Below the pieces are notes generated by a model that made no database searches, was not told where the DNA came from, and saw only the letters and a list, made by a program, of their open reading frames with translations. 64,000 nucleotides of DNA from Spirochaetales bacterium (GTDB lineage: Bacteria > Spirochaetota > Spirochaetia > SZUA-6): NCBI GenBank assembly GCA_027021365.1, contig JALUUM010000009.1, forward strand, positions 537 through 64,536, given 5' to 3'. A program made the position numbers and the translations under genes. The first letter of the stretch is position 1, and every line of letters starts with the position of its first letter. Below, one piece after another: positions 56,955-64,000 of the stretch.

Positions 56955-59192
56955 TTAAGCACTTTCCGGCTCTTCCCCTTTATTGAACTTCAGGTTAAGA
57001 AGCTTCTCCGGCGTGATGGGAATTGAATCCATGGGAACGCCAAGGGCATCGGAAACGGCCGCCGCATAGGCCGGCGCTATACCGACAAAGGGAAGTTCTC
57101 CCGCTCCCTTTGCCCCGTAGGGACCGTACGGAGAAGGATTCATAACGAAATCGACCTCTATATCGGGAAGATCCATGGATGTAGGAATGATGTAATCTGT
57201 CAGGCTGTCCTGCACAAGCCTTCCTTCCCTTTCCTCCATCACCTCCAGACTTGCCCAGCCAATGCCCTGGGCTATTCCGCCCTGCATCTGACCGCGGGCA
57301 ATGGCCTCATCCAGGGGGACACCTATGTCGTAGACCCCCCAGATCCCCTCCACGGTAACCTCCCGGGTTACAGGGTCCACACTAACATCCACTACATTGA
57401 CACCCCAAGAATAATCCGGGTAAGCATCACCGATAAATTTCTCATCGTCCCATGATATCTCCGGCGGCTGCCTGTACTGTTTGAAAACCTCGATAGGTTC
57501 TTCAGGTTGCTTCAAAGGTTCCCCGGGAGCACTTTCCGCACTACCCACAACTCTATCCTCGAGCACACTCTTGAACTCCAGGGAAGCCTCCCTCACCAGC
57601 CCGCCAACTATCATCGCCGTTCTCGAGGCAACGGTGGGGCCGGAATCGGGAACCCTGTCGGTATCCGGGTTGTCATACACTACCGAGGATATTGGAATAT
57701 CCAGCGTATCGGAAACTATCTTTCTAAGGGTAGTCTGGGCGCCCTGCCCCATTTCCACATTTGCCACGAGCAGTGCAACCTTGCCATCGGGCAGTTCCCT
57801 AAGTCCCACCCTGGCCTTTATCTTGTCTCTCTCCCCGCTTCCCGTGAAACCGCAGCCATGAATAAAGACGGAGATTCCCCTTCCGTGAAAGGGCCTTCTA
57901 TTACTTCTATTACTTCTATTACTTCGCTTCTCCTCGTAGGAGGACATTCTCTTTGCAAGCTCGAGCATCTCATCGAGCTTCACATCGCTTCGGATTACTC
58001 CTCCCGTTACCGTACTGTCACCCTTCCCAAGAAAATGAGCAGCCTTGAAATCGGCAGGGTCCAACCCGAGCTCCCTCGCTATTCTGTCCATCTGCATCTC
58101 TATGGCAAATATCCCCTGCGGCCCTCCGAATCCCCTGAATGCACCTCGTGGGACGTTGTTGGTCCTTACCGCCCTTCCCCTTACCCTCACATTGGGAATA
58201 TCATAGGCACCCGTTGCAACGAATATCGAACGCTGCAACACGACAGATGAAAGACCCTCGTAGGCTCCTCCGTCGAGAACAATATCCACATCCATCCCTA
58301 CGACCCTGTTGTTCTCATCCAGAATGCTTTTCACATGAGCAAGCGAGGGATGGCGTTTCGTGGTGAGCCTTATATCTTCTCTCCTGTCCAGCACTATCTT
58401 CACGGGCTTTCCCGATTTTATCGCTGCAAATGCCACGTAGCCTGCAAGCAGAGACGGGTAGTCCTCCTTGCCGCCGAAACCTCCTCCGGTAGTTGTCTGA
58501 ACAATCTGCACCCTGTCTTCCGGCAATCCAAGTGCCTGGACGAGCGCTCCCTTCACATAGTAGGGACACTGCATCGAGCCGAATATGGTTACCTTTCCGT
58601 CCCTGTAGGTGGCAACCATTCCCTGGGGTTCAAGGTATGCATGCTCCTGGAGCCCCGTGGAGTAGGTTCCCTCGATCACCCTGTACTTTCCGGGTTCCCT
58701 CCCGAAAGCCTTCTCTACAGATTCGTAGTCTCCCTTTCTGATGGTATAATCGGCAAAGAGCCAGCCATCGGATTCCCCGGAGGCTTCAAGGGCATCCTCT
58801 ATCGTATAAACAGGGGGAAGCTCTTGATACTCCACATGAATCTTCGAAAGTATTTCTTCAATCTTCTCCGGCTCCGGCCCCGCAACGACAAAAATCGGTT
58901 CGCCGTAGTAATTCACCTCATCCTCTGCGAGAAAGGGCCAGTCGTCGTTTATCATCTTCACCCGGTTCTTTCCGGGCACATCCTTCCAGCTCACTATCAC
59001 GTAACCCTCGGGAAGCTCGGGCAGCCTTACGGACTTTATCCTTGCCCTGGAAACATCGGAGGTGTAGAGCCTGGCATGAATCAATCCATCGAAATCCATG
59101 TCATCGATGTATCTCTCAGATCCTGATATTTTCCGCCGCGCATCCACCCTCTCTACGGGAGTGCTTATATTTTTCTCTTGCTCCTTCTCCAT
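56955..59192 (-). CDS. Xanthine dehydrogenase-family molybdopterin-binding subunit
   Basis: QEHAYLEP, GGGFGGK, TKRHP, GAFRGFGGPQ, EMGQG, VASR and KGAGE motifs. Confidence 0.95.
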   Translation of the reverse strand: MEKEQEKNISTPVERVDARRKISGSERYIDDMDFDGLIHARLYTSDVSRARIKSVRLPELPEGYVIVSWKDVPGKNRVKMINDDWPFLAEDEVNYYGEPIFVVAGPEPEKIEEILSKIHVEYQELPPVYTIEDALEASGESDGWLFADYTIRKGDYESVEKAFGREPGKYRVIEGTYSTGLQEHAYLEPQGMVATYRDGKVTIFGSMQCPYYVKGALVQALGLPEDRVQIVQTTTGGGFGGKEDYPSLLAGYVAFAAIKSGKPVKIVLDRREDIRLTTKRHPSLAHVKSILDENNRVVGMDVDIVLDGGAYEGLSSVVLQRSIFVATGAYDIPNVRVRGRAVRTNNVPRGAFRGFGGPQGIFAIEMQMDRIARELGLDPADFKAAHFLGKGDSTVTGGVIRSDVKLDEMLELAKRMSSYEEKRSNRSNRSNRRPFHGRGISVFIHGCGFTGSGERDKIKARVGLRELPDGKVALLVANVEMGQGAQTTLRKIVSDTLDIPISSVVYDNPDTDRVPDSGPTVASRTAMIVGGLVREASLEFKSVLEDRVVGSAESAPGEPLKQPEEPIEVFKQYRQPPEISWDDEKFIGDAYPDYSWGVNVVDVSVDPVTREVTVEGIWGVYDIGVPLDEAIARGQMQGGIAQGIGWASLEVMEEREGRLVQDSLTDYIIPTSMDLPDIEVDFVMNPSPYGPYGAKGAGELPFVGIAPAYAAAVSDALGVPMDSIPITPEKLLNLKFNKGEEPESA
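57895..57925. repeat. In-frame 9-bp tandem repeat x3.4 inside the Mo subunit
   Basis: (cttctatta)3 cttc, encoding RSNRSNRSNR. Confidence 0.95.
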
Positions 59193-59203
59193 GCGTTACT
59201 CCT

Positions 59204-60388
59204 TTAAGGTAGTTTCACCCCTTTCATCGCGGCCTCTATATCCTTGAGGCCGCTACCGGTTATCAGAAGGACAACTTTGCTGTCCCTGGGAAGAGACCGG
59301 CTTGCCTTAAGAAAACCGGCATACGCCGCAGAGGATGCAGGTTCTGCAAAAAGGCCCGCATTCGATGCCAGTTCGTGCTGTGCGGCAAGTATCTCATCGT
59401 CGCTCACAGTGATGCACCTTCCGCCGAACTCCTTTAAGGAACGAAGGGCATAGTAGCCTCCCCTCGGCACATCGACTGCAATGGAATCTGCAATGGTCTT
59501 CGAAGGAAGAGGCTTTCCGAAACTTCCCGTGGAAAGCGCCCTGCATATTGCAGAACTCCCCTCCGCCTGAACGGAATATACCGTTGGCATTTTATCGATA
59601 ATTCCCAGGGAGAGCAGGTCCTTGAAGCCCTTGAAAACTCCGCTAAGTATAACACCGTCTCCGGTAGGAACGAACATATATTCCGGGACATCTCCAAGCT
59701 GTGCATACAATTCCAGGGAAACAGTTTTCTTTCCCTCGATGGTCATGGGATTGTAGGCAGTATTCCTGTTAAGTCCACCATGTTTCTTCGTGTAATCTAT
59801 CGACATGTCGAAGGCTATATCGTAGCTTCCATCAACAAGGTTCACCTCTGCCCCGTACTGCAGGGCCTGAACCATCTTTGCCTTCGGGGCTGTTGCTGGA
59901 ATGAATATCCTTACTTTAAGGCCCGAGGCAGCCCCGACCCCTGCCATGGAGGATGCTGCGTTTCCCGTTGAAGCTACCGTTACCTCGCCTATCCCATGCT
60001 TGCGGGCAAAGGCGGCAACGAGGTAGGAGGCCCTGTCCTTGAATGAACCGGTAGGGTTCAAGGTATCGTCCTTTAGAAAGAGCTTTTCGAAGTCGGTCTT
60101 CCTGCGAAGAAGCTCCGGCTGCCAGAGAGGTGTATTGCCCACAGGTATCGAGGGAAAGTATTCTTTCTCCACAGGCAGGAACTGGAAAACAAAGTCTTCT
60201 ATGCTGCCGGTTGTATTTCTGCCCGTTATACTGCCATCGGCTTTGCCCTCTGCCACCACTTCCAATACGCCTTTAAGCGGTTCATCCGGTTTTCTCGTTT
60301 TTTCACAATCCGGGCAGAGCATGATTCCGGGCTCAATCTGATACTCCCTGCCGCAGTCTATGCATCTGTAGTGAAAATTCAGGCTCAA
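59204..60388 (-). CDS. Threonine-synthase-like PLP-dependent enzyme (fold type II)
   Basis: N-terminal CxxC..CxxC, GNTPL, NPTGSFKDRA (PLP Lys), ASTGNA, EGKKT, PTGDG and AEP motifs. Confidence 0.88.
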   Translation of the reverse strand: MSLNFHYRCIDCGREYQIEPGIMLCPDCEKTRKPDEPLKGVLEVVAEGKADGSITGRNTTGSIEDFVFQFLPVEKEYFPSIPVGNTPLWQPELLRRKTDFEKLFLKDDTLNPTGSFKDRASYLVAAFARKHGIGEVTVASTGNAASSMAGVGAASGLKVRIFIPATAPKAKMVQALQYGAEVNLVDGSYDIAFDMSIDYTKKHGGLNRNTAYNPMTIEGKKTVSLELYAQLGDVPEYMFVPTGDGVILSGVFKGFKDLLSLGIIDKMPTVYSVQAEGSSAICRALSTGSFGKPLPSKTIADSIAVDVPRGGYYALRSLKEFGGRCITVSDDEILAAQHELASNAGLFAEPASSAAYAGFLKASRSLPRDSKVVLLITGSGLKDIEAAMKGVKLP

Positions 60389-60411
60389 TTTTTCCCCTCC
60401 TATTTGTCTGA

Positions 60412-61608
60412 CTATCTATCTGACTCCAGGGCATAGGGAAGCATTGCATAGAACTTTGCCGCTATTACAAGGTCTTCTACCCTTGTAACCTCGTTGGGTG
60501 CATGAGCCTGCACCTCGTCTCCCGGCCCAAAGCCAATGGTCGGCACCTTGTGCCTTCCGCTTACCGCCACCCCGTTGGTAGAAAATGTCCACTTGTCTAT
60601 AAGCGGAGTCTTGCCAAACAGCCTTTTATAGGCCTCGACACCACCCTGAACAAGGGGATGATCTTCATTAAGCTTCCACGTTGGAAAGTACAGTTCCTGC
60701 CCGTACTTCGTTCCCTTCCAGCTTACCTTGTCATAGTAAGGAACCTCAACAGAGTCGTAGTCCTTTACTACCGACTTAACCTCTTCCACGGCACTCTCCA
60801 TTGTCTCACCCCAGGTAAGCCTCCTGTCCAGGTAGAGCATTCCAATGTCAGGAACGGCACACTGTGACGGCCCCTTTGCATTCATAATTGTAACTGCTAC
60901 CGTTCCCTTTCCCAAAAAGTTGTCCTCATCCGGTTCAAGCTCTCCGTTCAACTTCTCTATTGCCAGGGCGCCCCTTGCAGCCATGTATGCAGCATTCCTT
61001 CCCCTCTCCGGTGCAGAGCCGTGACAGGAAAGCCCCTTGAAATTCACCTTAATCTCCATCCTGCCGCGGTGTCCCCTGTAGAGGTTACAGCTCGTCGGTT
61101 CTGTACTCACGAAGTAGTCCGGTTTGAAATGTTCCTCCTCTATAAGGTACTTCCAGCACATCCCGTCACAGTCCTCTTCCATTACAGTGAATGTGAAGTA
61201 AACGGAGTACTGCCCGTTGTAGGAGAGTTCCTTGAGTATCCTTCCCGCCGTTACCATGGAACCAGCCCCGCCCTTCTGGTCGGAGGCGCCCCTCCCGTGC
61301 ACAAGGCCGTCCTTTACAAGCCCGGAAAAGGGATCAAGCTTCCACTGAGACCTGTCACCGACATCAACCGTATCTATATGTGCATCGAAGACGAGCTTCT
61401 TCGGCCCGCTACCTACACGTCCTATAAGGTTTCCAAGCCCGTCTATCCTTACCTCGTCGAAACCTGCTTCCCTGCACTGCCTCTCCAGCTCCCTTATAAC
61501 ATCGCCCTCCTCTCCGCTAAGCGAAGGTATCTTTACTATCTTTGAAAGATTCTCCGCAGTGTAATCCCTGTAGCCTTCAGCCTTTTTTGCAATCTCTTTC
61601 TCTATCAT
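60412..61608 (-). CDS. ygeY: YgeY-family M20 hydrolase
   Basis: DAHIDTV, GRGASDQKGG, MEEDCDGMCW, TEPT, RGHRGRME, KWTFSTNGV and AHAPNE motifs. Confidence 0.93.
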   Translation of the reverse strand: MIEKEIAKKAEGYRDYTAENLSKIVKIPSLSGEEGDVIRELERQCREAGFDEVRIDGLGNLIGRVGSGPKKLVFDAHIDTVDVGDRSQWKLDPFSGLVKDGLVHGRGASDQKGGAGSMVTAGRILKELSYNGQYSVYFTFTVMEEDCDGMCWKYLIEEEHFKPDYFVSTEPTSCNLYRGHRGRMEIKVNFKGLSCHGSAPERGRNAAYMAARGALAIEKLNGELEPDEDNFLGKGTVAVTIMNAKGPSQCAVPDIGMLYLDRRLTWGETMESAVEEVKSVVKDYDSVEVPYYDKVSWKGTKYGQELYFPTWKLNEDHPLVQGGVEAYKRLFGKTPLIDKWTFSTNGVAVSGRHKVPTIGFGPGDEVQAHAPNEVTRVEDLVIAAKFYAMLPYALESDR

Positions 61609-62927
61609 TTTATCTTCTCCATCCTTTTCCACATTTTTTCAGCCGCTTTTCTGGCTTCTCTGAATATATTATCCGTCTTTATCGTATATTCACCGTTCTT
61701 AAGCACCACTTTTCCGCCAACAATCACCGTATCGACGAGGCCGGAAAGACCTCCGAATACCATATGGCCTGCAATATTTTCGGAAACAAGCGGAGTGGGA
61801 GGAACATAATCGAAAACAGTGATATCAGCCACAGAACCCTTCTCTATCTTTCCGAATCTCTGGCCAAAGTACCTCTCCAGTATCCTGTTTCCGTTATCGA
61901 GGAAAGAAAGAAAATCGGGAGGCCACAGCTTTCCCCCTGCATCCCGGTGTTTGAAGCATGCTATCTTCATCTCCTCTATCATGTCACTTCCAATGCCATC
62001 CGTTCCCAGGGCCACATTCCTGTAGAGGGGCAGCTTTTCGTTGTAGCCGACGCTGTTGTTCATGTTGGAACGTGCGTTGTGAACGAGGAAGGAATCATGC
62101 TTGTTTATCCTTTCCACATCACCGTCTGTTAGGTAAACACCGTGTACCAGTATTGCCCTCTCATTGAGCAGGTCAAACCTCTCCAGCCTTGCAGTAACAT
62201 CCTCGCCGTAGAGGTGGTGGCTAACAGATCCATCGTAGGTATCTTCACAGAGATGGATATGGATTCCCCTTCCTGTGGATTTTACTGCCTCTCCAAGCAT
62301 CTCCATGCTCTTTTCAGAGAGTGTAAAGGGAGCGTGTGCACCTATTGCAGCCTCCAGGAGGCCCGAACTGTTCTCTAAGAGTGAACCTACAAAATCGATA
62401 TTTTCACGAATACCTGCCTCCATTCCCTTCATGCCGTTCCTGTCCGTAACCTCGTAGGCAAGAATCCCGCGCAAACCAACTTCCTTGAAAGCCCTTCCGA
62501 GGGTTCTCAATGAACCGGAGATGGAAGAGGGTGATGCATGATGATCAATAACAGCCGTCGTACCGGCCTTTATCGCCTCCAACGCTCCTACCATTCCGCT
62601 GTAGTAAACAGTCTCATCGTCCAGTGCCCTGTCCAGGCGCCACCAGAGGTTTTTCAGTACGGAGACGAAGTCGTTGGATTCATCTATGGGAACAGTTATA
62701 CCGCGGGCAAGTACCGAATAGAAGTGATTGTGACTGCAGACAAGACCCGGTGTCACAACCTTGTTGCTGCAGTCGATGATCTCGGCTTCATCTGTTTTCC
62801 TATTATTCTTCTGTTCTTCGGGTTTTCCCTTAAAGGTAATCTCCCCGTTTTCGATTACAACATCGATTCCCTCTTCCACGGGAGAACCATCAAACTGAAC
62901 GACCGTTGCATTTTTCAAGATTAACAT
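61605..62927 (-). CDS. ssnA: Putative aminohydrolase SsnA
   Basis: CSHNHFYS.LARG, LWWRLDRAL, IDHHASP, YEVTDRNG, GAHAPFT and HNARSNMNNSVG motifs. Confidence 0.92.
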   Translation of the reverse strand: MLILKNATVVQFDGSPVEEGIDVVIENGEITFKGKPEEQKNNRKTDEAEIIDCSNKVVTPGLVCSHNHFYSVLARGITVPIDESNDFVSVLKNLWWRLDRALDDETVYYSGMVGALEAIKAGTTAVIDHHASPSSISGSLRTLGRAFKEVGLRGILAYEVTDRNGMKGMEAGIRENIDFVGSLLENSSGLLEAAIGAHAPFTLSEKSMEMLGEAVKSTGRGIHIHLCEDTYDGSVSHHLYGEDVTARLERFDLLNERAILVHGVYLTDGDVERINKHDSFLVHNARSNMNNSVGYNEKLPLYRNVALGTDGIGSDMIEEMKIACFKHRDAGGKLWPPDFLSFLDNGNRILERYFGQRFGKIEKGSVADITVFDYVPPTPLVSENIAGHMVFGGLSGLVDTVIVGGKVVLKNGEYTIKTDNIFREARKAAEKMWKRMEKIK

Positions 62928-63074
62928 ATAGCCCCCCTTATATGCATTATCAATAATTTATAATATCACTCCACATTGACCAAGTAGTTTTTACAAAAAT
63001 ATCAAGGCATTTTTTTGACATGTGACATACCAGCGTTTATGGGGAACAGGAAGATACACATAAAGACTACCATT

Positions 63075-63187
63075 ATTGTACCCTCAACTTGAACTCTACT
63101 GATCTTTTCTTCGGTTTCTTCCCCATGAGGTCCTCCTACTTTTATTATCGAACCTCGCTCTACTACCGGTTTACCTATAGGGTCTCA
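63075..63187 (-). mobile_element. Remnant of an IS3-like element (left end and first codons of OrfA)
   Basis: AGGAGG RBS followed by ATG GGG AAG AAA CCG... = MGKKPKKRSVEFKLRVQ*, resembling IS3 OrfA N-termini. A TG-starting putative IRL lies about 60 bp upstream. Confidence 0.5.
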
Positions 63188-63285
63188 CTGCCCGTAATAT
63201 TTCAAAGGGGGTGTAATTTTACGTTGACATAAAGCGAAATTGTTCTGTATTATCAATCGGTTATAAATAAGAAAATTTTGGTGTC

Positions 63286-64000
63286 ATGTTAAATAATATT
63301 CAGACATTTGATATTAATTCCGACGACTATGCTAAATTCAGACCTAAATATCCAAGAGGTTTTTATGATTTTCTGATACAACAGCTTTTTTCAAGAGATA
63401 AAATGTGGGATTGTGCCTGCGGTAATGGTCAAGTGGCCATTGATATGGTGGAATATTTCAATCAAATATACGCTACTGATATTAGTGAGAATCAAATAAT
63501 TAATGCTTTTAATCATCCAAAGATCAATTATGCCGTTATGCAAGCGGAAAAAACGGATTTTCCTGATAACTTTTTTGATTTGATTTGCGTTGGACAAGCT
63601 TTGCATTGGTTTGATATCAAAACTTTTTTTAAAGAAGCAGACAGAGTATTAAAAAAAGGCGGAGTTTTAGCTGTTTTTGGTTACGGTTTTTTTTATGTGG
63701 ACAATGAAATTGATAATCTTTTGCAAAAAAATCTGTATTTAAAAGTTAAAGACTATTGGTCAGAAAGAAATCAACTGGTTATCAATAAGTTTAAAGGGAT
63801 ATCCTTTCCATTTACTAAAATAGAAAGTCCTGTATTTGAAATTAATTTAGCGTGGAATTTATCTGATATGATTTCTTATATAAGAACTTGGTCTGCCGTT
63901 AAAATATACAATAGCCAAAACAAAATAAAATTAGAAAATCAACTCTATAATATTCTTAAAAACGTTTGGAAAGATATTATAAATGTTAAAATGGAGCTTT
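63286..64000 (+). CDS. Class I SAM-dependent methyltransferase (runs off the right edge)
   Basis: YAKFRPKYP, WDCACGNGQ, ATDISENQI, QALHWFD, LKKGG and YIRTWSA motifs. It is preceded by TTGACA(63224)-18bp-TATTAT. Confidence 0.9.
   Translation, partial: MLNNIQTFDINSDDYAKFRPKYPRGFYDFLIQQLFSRDKMWDCACGNGQVAIDMVEYFNQIYATDISENQIINAFNHPKINYAVMQAEKTDFPDNFFDLICVGQALHWFDIKTFFKEADRVLKKGGVLAVFGYGFFYVDNEIDNLLQKNLYLKVKDYWSERNQLVINKFKGISFPFTKIESPVFEINLAWNLSDMISYIRTWSAVKIYNSQNKIKLENQLYNILKNVWKDIINVKMEL

Noticed and set aside
57481-59126. Long plus-strand ORFs (247 and 263 aa) and similar antisense ORFs such as 7074-7727 and 61542-62132
   Set aside because: They are shadows of well-supported opposite-strand genes, with no motifs or RBS.

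Overview
This is a bacterial chromosomal segment, most likely from a free-living anaerobic spirochaete. The supporting signs are the 'AFAGGKQE/SFAGGAQE'-type N-termini on solute-binding proteins, many lipoproteins, and an mnmE-mnmG-rsmG block away from an origin. The relatively GC-rich backbone carries: a CbbQ/NorQ AAA+ ATPase with a CbbO/NorD VWA partner; phoU-phoB-phoR; DUF2089/SHOCT genes; mnmE-mnmG-rsmG; a four-gene envelope lipoprotein operon with LPP20/FlgT/CsgG-like domains; a Na+-pumping pyrophosphatase; nagA; an alpha-glucoside ABC transporter with LacI and TreT; and an orphan corrinoid protein. It also carries an anaerobic purine-degradation cluster (ssnA, ygeY, thrC-like, xdh Mo/FeS/FAD subunits, 8-oxoguanine deaminase, ygeW) split into two co-oriented halves about 21.7 kb apart. 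Two visibly AT-richer blocks (about 21.3-27.1 kb and 35.3-48.2 kb) contain several pseudogenes, an HcpR-like regulator with its palindromic site, and a GntR-controlled nucleoside ABC/deaminase/TauE module with a duplicated promoter-operator. I recognised no rRNA, tRNA or CRISPR array. All family calls come from motif recognition by eye; no database searches were run.
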